64,000 nucleotides of DNA from NCBI GenBank assembly GCA_050015075.1, contig JBEKCB010000001.1, positions 194,847-258,846 of the forward strand, given 5' to 3'. Position 1 is the first letter of the stretch; every line of letters begins with the position of its first letter. The stretch is from Candidatus Brocadiia bacterium (lineage in GTDB: Bacteria > Planctomycetota > Brocadiia > CAIUPP01). The translations under genes were made by a program, and so were the position numbers. A model generated the notes under the pieces. It was given only the letters and a program-made list of their open reading frames with translations. It ran no database searches and had not been told where the DNA came from. Below, in pieces: positions 18,427 through 27,242 of this stretch.

Positions 18427-18533
18427 GCGCCGCCTCCTTTCAATAGAGCTTGTTCACCTGTCACACTCTATTGGACGCATGAACCGGCCTGCGGTTCTCG
18501 CACGGACGGAAAATTCTCGCGCTCGGGGCGGCG

Positions 18534-19358
18534 TCAGAAGAGGTGCAGTTCCTGCAGCCGGCCGGCCAGTTGCGGAACCTGCGTGCGCAACACCTGCTCG
18601 TCGGTGCGCGCTTCGTAGCCGGGTCCGACGCCGCCGTATTCGAAGGCGATGATCTGCGGCGCGGGCCATTCGCCGCGCGCGATGCGAGCGAGCGCCCATT
18701 CGGCCAGCCGCCAGTCGTCATCGCTCAGCGGACGATGGTCGAGCCAGAGGCCGTCTTCGCAGAGCCGCGTCCCCGATAGGTGCATCTCGGAAAGCCGTTC
18801 CATGGGGAGCGAAAGGACGTACTCCTCCACGTTCATGCCCAGCCGGCGCGCCGAGATGCCGGCGTGCGAGATGTCCAGCAGCAGGCGGCAGCCCGTCCGC
18901 TCGAGCACCTCGCGGATGACCTGCGGCTGGAAGGCCCACAGCGGAATCTGCCATGGCGGGCGCGGGTCCCACATCAGGTTCTCCAACGCGATGCGCTCCG
19001 GCGGGAACTCGCACTGCGCGAAAAGCACGTCGCGAACCATGGCCTCGACCAGCCGGTGCCGGTCGCGCGGGTCGGTGGAATCGAGCGCCAGGCCCGGAAA
19101 GTCCGTCACGCACGGGCCGAGATGGAGGTTGAAGTGCGGCGCGTGCGTCAGGTCCATCAGCCGGTGGACCAGGCCCCAATCGGCCTTCTGCACCTGCCCT
19201 CTTCCGGCCAGAAATGCGAAGTGCGGATAACAGGGCCTCTGCTTCAGCACCTCGACGATCAGGTCGGGCCATTCGGGACACTTGAACAGGGCCACCTGGA
19301 TTTCGCCGGCGCGGAGCAGCTTTGCGGCGGCGTTGGAGTAGTTTAGAGCGAAGCTCAT
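18534..19358 (-). CDS. DUF692 family (multinuclear non-heme iron enzyme-like TIM barrel)
   Basis: Ligand pattern YPH, NLHL, ALEN, LLLDISHA, EMHLSG, DH, FEY. Confidence 0.75.
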   Translation of the reverse strand: MSFALNYSNAAAKLLRAGEIQVALFKCPEWPDLIVEVLKQRPCYPHFAFLAGRGQVQKADWGLVHRLMDLTHAPHFNLHLGPCVTDFPGLALDSTDPRDRHRLVEAMVRDVLFAQCEFPPERIALENLMWDPRPPWQIPLWAFQPQVIREVLERTGCRLLLDISHAGISARRLGMNVEEYVLSLPMERLSEMHLSGTRLCEDGLWLDHRPLSDDDWRLAEWALARIARGEWPAPQIIAFEYGGVGPGYEARTDEQVLRTQVPQLAGRLQELHLF

Positions 19359-19390
19359 TTCTCAGGGTCTCGAGAGGATCGCCGGCGGCG

Positions 19391-20578
19391 TCAGAACTCC
19401 AGCGGCGCCTTGAACTCCGAGGTGGGTTCCTCGTCCGAGCGCGCCGGATGAGGCTTCGCCTCGCCGGTCTGCCCGGCGGCGGGATGCGGCATCCATGGGC
19501 CGGTCGGCTCGTGCTCGCCGGGGCCGAACTCGGCCGAGGCGCGGAGTTTTTCCTCGAGCTGCCGGAGTTCGTCGGCGGCCTGGAGCGCGCTCTGCGGCCG
19601 GCGGTCCGGCTCCTTGGCGGCCATGCGCCAGACCATCGCGGAGGCTTCCTCCGACAGGTTCGGGTTCACGTCGGCGGGCCACTCGAGCAGGCCGCGGATG
19701 TGCTCGAGCATCACCTCCTCCTTCGGCACGTCGGAGAAGGGCGGCACGCCGGTGAGCATGAAGAAGAGCGTCAGTCCGAGCGAGTAGATGTCGCTGCGCG
19801 CGTCAATGCTCTCGAGTCCGCGCGCGTGCTCGGGCGACATGTACCGGCGGCTGCCGAGCGTGGTGCCCGGCTCGTAAAGCTCCGATTCGTCCACGTTCCG
19901 GATGCGCGCCAGGCCCAGGTCGCAGAGCTTCGGCATGCCGTTGCTTGCGATCATGATGTTCCCCGGCTTGATGTCGCGGTGGATGACGCCGTTCTCGTGC
20001 GCGGCGGCGAGCGCCTCGGCCACCTGGCGGGTGATGTGGATGCCCTCGAGCTCGGAGAAAGCGCCGTTCTCGCGCACCGCGCGCGTGAGCGTCGGGCCGT
20101 CCACGTATTCCATCGAGAAGTAGTGCCAGCCGTCGGCGGTCCCCACGTCGAACGCGGCCACCAGGCAGGGATGCCGGATCTGCGCGCAGGCGCGGCCCTC
20201 GCGCCGGAAGCGGTCCACGAACTTCTGGCTCATCTCGCGGCGGATCAGCAGCTTGAGGGCCACGTTGCGCTTCAGGCTCAACTGTTCGGCGAGGTAGACG
20301 ACGCCCATGCCTCCGCGGCCGACCTGGCCGATCAGCTCGTACCCGCCGATCTTCGCGCGGCCGCGCCGCCGCAGGACGTGCCGGATGAGCTGCTCGACGA
20401 GCGGACGCGAGAGGAAGCCCATCTCGTGAGCGAGCACCGGCAGCGCGCGCTCGATGCCCTGGTCGGCCAGGCCCATCTGCCCGCCCAGGAGCTCGTTCGT
20501 CTGCGCCTCGGTCAGCCGCTTCTCCGCCAGCGCCTGGCGCACGAACTCCCGGTCGAATTCGGTCCCGCGAAAAGGCAT
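19391..20578 (-). CDS. Hanks-type serine/threonine protein kinase
   Basis: GRGGMGVVY, VALK, HRDIKPGN, DLG, YMSPE, SDIYSLG; no TM segment. Confidence 0.93.
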   Translation of the reverse strand: MPFRGTEFDREFVRQALAEKRLTEAQTNELLGGQMGLADQGIERALPVLAHEMGFLSRPLVEQLIRHVLRRRGRAKIGGYELIGQVGRGGMGVVYLAEQLSLKRNVALKLLIRREMSQKFVDRFRREGRACAQIRHPCLVAAFDVGTADGWHYFSMEYVDGPTLTRAVRENGAFSELEGIHITRQVAEALAAAHENGVIHRDIKPGNIMIASNGMPKLCDLGLARIRNVDESELYEPGTTLGSRRYMSPEHARGLESIDARSDIYSLGLTLFFMLTGVPPFSDVPKEEVMLEHIRGLLEWPADVNPNLSEEASAMVWRMAAKEPDRRPQSALQAADELRQLEEKLRASAEFGPGEHEPTGPWMPHPAAGQTGEAKPHPARSDEEPTSEFKAPLEF

Positions 20579-20580
20579 GT

Positions 20581-22491
20581 CTATTCCTGCTTCCGATTCG
20601 CGCATCGCGCGACGCCGCAGCTCTGGCAATGAGCGCGCCGGCAGTCGGGCGTGAACTCTCCGCGCAGCGCCCGCTCGCGCTCGCGCCAGAGGAACTCCGT
20701 CGAGACGCCGGCGTCCACGTGCGACCAGGGAAGCCATTCCTCTTTCCCGCGCGCGCGGTAGGCATAGTCCTCCGCGCCGACGCCGGCCGCCGCGAACGCC
20801 TGCTTCCATTTTACATTATCGAATGTCTCATCCCAAGCGTCAAATCGGCAACCGAGGCGGTGCGCCTCGAGCAGCACCTTCCCGAGCCGCCGGTCGCCGC
20901 GCGCGAACACGCCCTCGAGGAAGCTCCGGTCCGGCCGGTGGAAGGCCAGGCGGACCGCGCGGCTGCGCAGGCGGCTCCGCAGGAGCGCGCGCATCTGCTC
21001 GATCCGCGCGATCGGCGCCATCGGCTCCCACTGGAACGGCGTGTGCGGCTTGGGCACGAACGGCGCCACGGACAGGTTCACCGGCGCGGGCCCCTTGCCG
21101 GTCCTGCGGCGCAACTGGCTGACGCGCGTGGCCAGGTCGCAGATCGCGGCGACGTCCTCATCCGTCTCGGTCGGCAGGCCGACCATGAAATAAAGCTTGA
21201 CGTGGCTCCAGCCCTGCGCGAAGGCCGCCTCCGCGCCGCGCATCAGGTCCTCCTCGGCCAGGTCCTTGTTGATCACGCCGCGCAGCCGGTGCGTCGCGGC
21301 CTCCGGCGCCATGGTCAGCGTGGACTTGCGCACGCCGCCGATCAGCTCGGGCAGCTTCTCGAGCTGGTCGTCCACCCGCAGCGAGGGCAGGCTGAGGCTG
21401 ACCTTGCGGCCGGCGAAGCGCGCGGCGAGCTCGCGGATGAGGCGCGGCAGCTCGGGATAATCGCTGCTGCTGAGCGAGGCGAGCGAGATTTCCGAGTGGC
21501 CGGTGGCCGCGTACTGCGCCTCGCACAGCTTGACGATCGTCTCGACCGAACGCCAGCGCACGGGCCGGCGCGTCATGCCGGCGTGGCAGAAGCGGCAGCC
21601 GCGCGAGCAGCCGCGCATGATCTCGATCGTGATGCGGTCATGCACGACCTCGACGAACGGCAGCAGCGGCCGGTCGGGGGCGAAGGCGCCGTCGAGGTCC
21701 TCGATCATCGCCGCGGAGACCTTCGCGGGCGGCTCGGGGCGGACGTCGCGGCGCGGGCGAAGGCTCTCCAGGCGGCCGTCGGGGCGCCATTCCAGATCGT
21801 ACAGCGCCGGCGCGTAGCTGCCGGGCACCCGCGCGGCCAGCTCGGCGAGGAGATCGAGCCGCTTCTGCGGCCGATGGCGTTTCAGGGCGATGCAGGCGTC
21901 GGCCAGGTCGTGGATGCGCTCCTCGCCGTCGCCGATCACGAACAGGTCCACGAAATCGGCCACCGGCTCCGGGTTGCCGGCGCAGCTTCCGCCGGCCACG
22001 ACGATCGGGTCCTGCGCGGCGCGCTCCGAGGCGAGCAGCGGGATGCCGCCGAGCTCGAGCATGTCCAGCATGTTGGTGAAGCCCATCTCGTATTGAAGGG
22101 AGAACCCGACCACGTCGAACTCACGCAGCGGCGTGCAGGTCTCCAGGCTGCACAGCGGCGCGCCGGCGCGCAGGCGCTCCTGCATGTCGAGCCACGGCGC
22201 GAAGGCGCGCTCGGCGTACACGTCCTCGCGCCGGTTCAGGATTCCGTAAAGCACCTGCATGCCCGCCGAGGACATGCCGATGGAGTAGGTGTCCGGAAAC
22301 GCCAGGCAGAACCGCAGCGCCACGGCCGCCGGGTCTTTGCGGACGCTGTTCCATTCGCCGCCGACGTATTGCCCCGGCGTCCGCACGTGCGGCAGCGCGC
22401 ACGACCAGAGCGTTTCTTTCCAGTGATCCAAGTTGCCCTTCCTGATGAAAGCGGTCTTCAGCCCGGCGAGCCGGCAAAGATTTGAATCCAT
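20581..22491 (-). CDS. TIGR03960 family B12-binding radical SAM protein
   Basis: PGQYVGGEWN, FPDTYSIGMS, RGCSRGCRFC, KLYFMVGLP, FVPKPHTPFQW; start uncertain. Confidence 0.9.
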   Translation of the reverse strand: MDSNLCRLAGLKTAFIRKGNLDHWKETLWSCALPHVRTPGQYVGGEWNSVRKDPAAVALRFCLAFPDTYSIGMSSAGMQVLYGILNRREDVYAERAFAPWLDMQERLRAGAPLCSLETCTPLREFDVVGFSLQYEMGFTNMLDMLELGGIPLLASERAAQDPIVVAGGSCAGNPEPVADFVDLFVIGDGEERIHDLADACIALKRHRPQKRLDLLAELAARVPGSYAPALYDLEWRPDGRLESLRPRRDVRPEPPAKVSAAMIEDLDGAFAPDRPLLPFVEVVHDRITIEIMRGCSRGCRFCHAGMTRRPVRWRSVETIVKLCEAQYAATGHSEISLASLSSSDYPELPRLIRELAARFAGRKVSLSLPSLRVDDQLEKLPELIGGVRKSTLTMAPEAATHRLRGVINKDLAEEDLMRGAEAAFAQGWSHVKLYFMVGLPTETDEDVAAICDLATRVSQLRRRTGKGPAPVNLSVAPFVPKPHTPFQWEPMAPIARIEQMRALLRSRLRSRAVRLAFHRPDRSFLEGVFARGDRRLGKVLLEAHRLGCRFDAWDETFDNVKWKQAFAAAGVGAEDYAYRARGKEEWLPWSHVDAGVSTEFLWRERERALRGEFTPDCRRAHCQSCGVARCANRKQE

Positions 22492-22492
22492 C

Positions 22493-23593
22493 CTACGGCG
22501 CGAACACCGCCTTGCGGTGCATGCCGACGTTGAGGACCAGCGCGGCCATGACGAAGCAGATCAGCAGCGACGATCCGCCGTAACTGACGAACGGCAGCGT
22601 GATGCCGGTGATCGGGCAGAGCCGCACGGTCATGGCGATGTTGACCAGCGCCTGAAAGCCCAGCGAGGTCAGCACGCCGACGACGACGAGCCGGCCGAAC
22701 GGCTCCCGCGTCGAACTGGCGATCTCTATTCCTCTCGAAAGGATGAGGAACAGCAGCAACAGCACCGCCAGCGCGCCGAGAAAGCCCCACTCGTTCGCGA
22801 TCACCGCGAAGATGAAGTCCGTGTGCGCCGCAAAGCCGCGGTTGAGCACCACCGGCGAGCCGCTGGAGAAGCCGATCCCGGTCACGCCGCCGGAACTCAC
22901 CGCCGCGAGCGACTGCCGCAGGTGCCAGCCGGCGCCGCGCAGGTCCGCCTGGGGCGACAGGAACGCGGTGACGCGGCCCCGCTGCGCCTTGCCCATGACG
23001 AAGAACCACATCACCGGCGCGGCGGCGAACCCCATCGCGACCAGGGCCAGCAGGTGCCTCGGCCGCGCGCCCGCCACGTAGAGCATGGCGAACAGCGTCG
23101 GCAGCAGCACCAGGGCCGTGCCGAGGTCCGGCTCGGCCAGGATCAACGCCATCGGCACGAGCCCGATGAGCAGCGGCGCGACGAGTTCGCCCGCGCCCCG
23201 GCCCAGCTTGCGGTACATCAGGCACCGCGCCAGCGCCAGGACCACGGCGACCTTCATGAACTCCGACGGCTGGATGGAGAACCCGCCGTATTCGATCCAG
23301 CGCCGCGCGTTCTGGTGCTCGACGCCGATCCTCGGGACCAGCACCAGCGCCAACCCAACGGCCACGAGGAGATAGACCGGGTACGCCAGATAGGTCAGCC
23401 GCGAATAATCGAAGGACAGGAACGCGAGCAGCGCGAGCAGGCTGACGCCGAACCACCGGAACTGCTGCGCCGCCGGGGCGCCGCTGCGCGCGGGGTCCCA
23501 GTGCGTGGAACTCCAGATGAACGCGATGCCAAGCGAGGTCAAAATGAGCGCGGCCGCCAGCAGCAGCCAGTCGAAGTTCTTGATGGCCCTCAC
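22493..23593 (-). CDS. rodA: Rod shape-determining protein RodA (SEDS family)
   Basis: ARRWI, QPSEFMK, EPDLGT, HTDFIF, PITGITLPFVSYGGSS. Confidence 0.88.
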   Translation of the reverse strand: MRAIKNFDWLLLAAALILTSLGIAFIWSSTHWDPARSGAPAAQQFRWFGVSLLALLAFLSFDYSRLTYLAYPVYLLVAVGLALVLVPRIGVEHQNARRWIEYGGFSIQPSEFMKVAVVLALARCLMYRKLGRGAGELVAPLLIGLVPMALILAEPDLGTALVLLPTLFAMLYVAGARPRHLLALVAMGFAAAPVMWFFVMGKAQRGRVTAFLSPQADLRGAGWHLRQSLAAVSSGGVTGIGFSSGSPVVLNRGFAAHTDFIFAVIANEWGFLGALAVLLLLFLILSRGIEIASSTREPFGRLVVVGVLTSLGFQALVNIAMTVRLCPITGITLPFVSYGGSSLLICFVMAALVLNVGMHRKAVFAP

Positions 23594-23656
23594 GTTCCGC
23601 TCTCAAAGCCCGGCCGACCCCGCCCGGAGCACAGTCGAGGGGCGCGGCTCTGCGCT

Positions 23657-23860
23657 CTATTCGCGGAGCGCGTAGATTGGCCTGTTCTTCTGGCTGTGAT
23701 CAATCACGAGCTTTCCTTCGCGCGCGAGCCAGCCGATGGCCTGATTCGTCGCTGCGGGGTTCTCGCTGATGCCCTTCTGTATCTGGTGCAATGGCGCCGG
23801 CCCGTTCGTCTTCAGAAACTGCCAGACCTTGCCTGCCGTCTCGCCAATGATCTCGCTCAT
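23657..23860 (-). CDS. Small winged helix-turn-helix protein (DUF2582-like)
   Basis: IGETAGKVWQFL...AIGWLAREGK. Confidence 0.8.
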   Translation of the reverse strand: MSEIIGETAGKVWQFLKTNGPAPLHQIQKGISENPAATNQAIGWLAREGKLVIDHSQKNRPIYALRE

Positions 23861-24028
23861 TCGAATCCCTTTCAATAACCCCTTGCCTTGTCTTCCCTGA
23901 TTGGACGGACTCCCCTGGTCCGCGTAAAGCCGCGTCGAGAGACATCGTGTGCTAAATTAGCACACGCCGGGCGGGCAGTCAAGAACAGGGAGAATTCCGA
24001 GCTCTGTCTTCTGCAGTTCGGCTCCGGC

Positions 24029-24592
24029 CTACTTCTTCTCCGCCTGGATCCTGGCGCGCGCCTGTTGCACGGCTTTCTGAATGTCGGGCGGCAGACTGAT
24101 GACGGCCATGGCGCGGCCATCGGCATAGAGCAGCAGGTATCGGTCCGGCGCCGGCACGCCCGGATCGGCGATGAACGCCGCCATGTCAATCAGCAGCCAG
24201 GTGTCCTTCGGCAGGTTGCTGATGTCCCGGCCGTTGACCGCGTCGTTCCAGACGAACGTCAGCCCTTTCGTCTTGAGCTCCTCAGGCGCGAAGGGCGAGA
24301 CGAACAGCCCGGGCAGCGCGCCCTGAATGAGGTTCATGATGGACTTCGGGTCTGTGCGCGGGTCGCCCTTCGGGTAGAACGCCGCATCGGGCAGCGGCTC
24401 GCTGGTGGTCTGCGCCACGAGGAGCATGTAGATCTGCCGGAGGTTCTCGCGCCCCTGGGTCTCCTTGGCCGCATTGAACGCGTACCGGAAGCCGCCCGCC
24501 TGATTGCTCATCGAAGTCATGATCGCGCTGACCATCATCACCTCGATCAACCCGAACGCCAGCGACCCGGGACGACGGCGGATTCGGAACAT
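24029..24592 (-). CDS. Prepilin-type N-terminal cleavage/methylation protein (DUF1559-like)
   Basis: Basic leader then A/FGLIEV; NLRQI; C-terminal LLYADG; AAAGGAG RBS. Confidence 0.6.
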   Translation of the reverse strand: MFRIRRRPGSLAFGLIEVMMVSAIMTSMSNQAGGFRYAFNAAKETQGRENLRQIYMLLVAQTTSEPLPDAAFYPKGDPRTDPKSIMNLIQGALPGLFVSPFAPEELKTKGLTFVWNDAVNGRDISNLPKDTWLLIDMAAFIADPGVPAPDRYLLLYADGRAMAVISLPPDIQKAVQQARARIQAEKK

Positions 24593-24703
24593 GGCCCTCT
24601 CCTTTAAAAATTCCCTGCAACTTCATTCTACCATGGTGTCTAGGAAATAACTCACACACGTCCAGCCCGCGTCATGTCGCGCGCAGTACGCTGCGCGCTC
24701 TGG

Positions 24704-24762
24704 CCGCTCGTAGTGTACCCGTCAGGGCATACGAAGCAGCGCCTCACGGCGCCACGACAAGC
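24704..24762. repeat. REP-like dispersed element family A, copy 2
   Basis: 53/59 identical to 16012-16070. Confidence 0.85.
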
Positions 24763-24788
24763 CATTCTACCACGCGCGAGGCCCGGCG

Positions 24789-25886
24789 CTAAACGATCAG
24801 CGCTTCCGTCTGCGGATCGTAGAAGTGCGCCTTCTGCATGTCCAGGCGCACCGCAATCGTCTGTTCCGGGGTCGGCCGCGCGCCGTGGCGCAGCGGCGGG
24901 ACGCGCGCGATGACGGTCAAGTTCTCCGCGGAGAGGTACACCCAGGTCTCCGAGCCCATCGGCTCGACGACTTCGACCCGCAGGTTCGAGGTGCCGGCCT
25001 CGCCCGGCCCCGCCAGCGAGAGGTCCTCCGGCCGGATGCCGAGCACCACCTCGCGTTCCACATAACCGGCCAGGCGCGCGGCCGCGGGAGCGGGCACGGC
25101 AGCACGGATGGCGCCGCGCTCGAACGTGCAGCCGCCCTGCGACCTGATCCGGCCGCGCACGAAGTTCGTCGGCGGCGTCCCGACGAACCCGGCGACGAAC
25201 TGGTTGCGCGGCTCATCGTAGAGCGTCAGCGGGTCGGCCACCTGCTGGATCACGCCGTGGTCGAGCACGGCGATGCGGTCGCCCATCGTCATCGCCTCGG
25301 CCTGGTCGTGGGTGACGTAGACCATCGAGGTCTGGAGCCGCCGGTGCAGGCGGACGAGTTCCGCGCGCATGGCCACGCGCAGTTTCGCGTCGAGGTTCGA
25401 GAGCGGCTCGTCGAGAAGGAAGACCTTCGGCTTGCGCACGATCGCGCGGCCGACGGCCACGCGCTGGCGCTCGCCGCCGGAGAGCGCCTTGGGTTTCCGT
25501 TCGAGCAGCCGCGAGATGTCGAGCATCTCCGCCGTCTCCTGCACGCGCTTGCGGATTTCCGCCTTGTCGTAGCCGCGCCGCCGCAGGCCGAACTCCATGT
25601 TCTGGTACACCGTCATGTGCGGGTAGAGCGCGTAGTTCTGGAACACCATCGCCACGTCGCGGTCCTTCGGCGCCACGTCGTTCACCAGGCGCCCGTCAAT
25701 GGAAATCTTCCCGCCCGTCGGCGCCTCGAGCCCGGCGATCAGCCGCAGCAGCGTGGTCTTGCCGCAGCCGGACGGCCCGACGAGGACGACGAACTCCTTG
25801 TCGTGCACCGTCAGAGAGGCGTCGCGCACGGCATGCACGCCGCCGGTGAAGACTTTCGAAACGTTTTCGAGAATGACTTCAGCCAT
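24789..25886 (-). CDS. Sugar ABC transporter ATP-binding protein (UgpC/MalK type)
   Basis: GPSGCGKTT, LSGGERQR, LDEPLSNLD, VTHDQ, C-terminal TOBE domain. Confidence 0.95.
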   Translation of the reverse strand: MAEVILENVSKVFTGGVHAVRDASLTVHDKEFVVLVGPSGCGKTTLLRLIAGLEAPTGGKISIDGRLVNDVAPKDRDVAMVFQNYALYPHMTVYQNMEFGLRRRGYDKAEIRKRVQETAEMLDISRLLERKPKALSGGERQRVAVGRAIVRKPKVFLLDEPLSNLDAKLRVAMRAELVRLHRRLQTSMVYVTHDQAEAMTMGDRIAVLDHGVIQQVADPLTLYDEPRNQFVAGFVGTPPTNFVRGRIRSQGGCTFERGAIRAAVPAPAAARLAGYVEREVVLGIRPEDLSLAGPGEAGTSNLRVEVVEPMGSETWVYLSAENLTVIARVPPLRHGARPTPEQTIAVRLDMQKAHFYDPQTEALIV

Positions 25887-25925
25887 CGGTGACCTCGAAT
25901 CTTTCTCAGCCAAGAAACCGCGCGA

Positions 25926-27242
25926 TCATCCTTTGACGCTTCCCAGCCGGATGCCCTCGATGATGTACCGCTGCCCGATGAGGAAGACGACGATCACCGG
26001 GCCCAGGACCATGAGCGTGCCGGCCATGAGCAGCTCCCACTGCGTCTCGGTGATGCCCATGAACGCCTGCAGCATCACCGGCAAGGTCTGCATCTCCGGC
26101 GTGGAGGTGGTGACCATCGGCCACATGAAATCGCTCCAGGCGCCCATGAAGGTCAGGATGGCGAGCACCGCCAGCGCCGGTTTCGACAGCGGCACGATGA
26201 CGTTCCAGTACACGCCCCACGCGCCGCAGCCGTCAATGCGCGCGGCGTCCTCCAGGTCCTTCGGGATCGTCAGGAAGAACTGCCGCAGCATGAACGTGCC
26301 GTACGCGCTGAAGAGGCCCGGCACGATCAGCGCGAAGTACGAATCCAGCCCGACCAGGCGGCCGGCGTAGAACGTGCGCACCGGCGAGGCCAGCCAGAAT
26401 TTCACGAAGAGCTGCACGCCGAACCAGTCCGTGTGGAAGAGGAAGTTCAGCACCGTCGGCAGCGACTTGAGGATGACGAACAGCGGGATCATGGTCACCG
26501 CGCCGGGGACCATCATCGTCGCCAGGTACGCCATGAAGAGCTTGTCGCGGCCGGGGAACTCCAGGCGCGCGAAGGCGTACGCGGCCAGCGAACTGGTGAA
26601 GACCTGCCCGAGCGTGATCAAGATGCAGACGGACAGGCTGTTGATGAACGCGCGCCCGAACACGCCGGACATCGTCCAAGCACTCCGGAAGTTGTCCCAC
26701 TGCGGCGAGATCCGGGTGATGATGCGCGTCTCGTCCATCGTGGCCGTGACGGGCTCCTGGCCCGCGCCGCCGTCGTAGTGCACCTCGAACTTCTCCGGCA
26801 CGAGTTTTTTGATCAGCTTCACGCTCGTCGTGCCGGTGGCGGAGCCTTCGCCGGTCGTCAGCAGGAAGTGCGTCTCGCTGCCGCCCACTGGGATCAGCCG
26901 GTCCGTCGAGACCTCAATCTCCCGGGCTCCATCGGCGGCCGGCGCCGGCAGCCGCACCCGGTAAACCCCGGCGCCGTCCTTCAGCCGGGCGCGCTGCGTG
27001 ACCACGCGCTCGCGGCCGTCCACGACGACGTAGTCGCGCGTCGGCAGCCAGTTGCCCTGCATGGCCTGGCCGGGCGGCTTGAGCGCCGTGAGCACCATCC
27101 AGACGAACGGCGCGAGCATCGTTACGGCCACGACGATCAGGAAGCTGTGGCTGCAGAGCGCCAGGAATCGCCGCCGCCGCCGCGCCGAGGGCGGCGCCGC
27201 CGTGTCCTCGAGCGGCCCGAGAACCTTCGCGGGGTCAGTCAT
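25926..27242 (-). CDS. Carbohydrate ABC transporter permease (MalG type) with insertions
   Basis: AAYAFARL, LRQFF..IPKDLEDAARIDG, PLSKPALA. Confidence 0.9.
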   Translation of the reverse strand: MTDPAKVLGPLEDTAAPPSARRRRRFLALCSHSFLIVVAVTMLAPFVWMVLTALKPPGQAMQGNWLPTRDYVVVDGRERVVTQRARLKDGAGVYRVRLPAPAADGAREIEVSTDRLIPVGGSETHFLLTTGEGSATGTTSVKLIKKLVPEKFEVHYDGGAGQEPVTATMDETRIITRISPQWDNFRSAWTMSGVFGRAFINSLSVCILITLGQVFTSSLAAYAFARLEFPGRDKLFMAYLATMMVPGAVTMIPLFVILKSLPTVLNFLFHTDWFGVQLFVKFWLASPVRTFYAGRLVGLDSYFALIVPGLFSAYGTFMLRQFFLTIPKDLEDAARIDGCGAWGVYWNVIVPLSKPALAVLAILTFMGAWSDFMWPMVTTSTPEMQTLPVMLQAFMGITETQWELLMAGTLMVLGPVIVVFLIGQRYIIEGIRLGSVKG

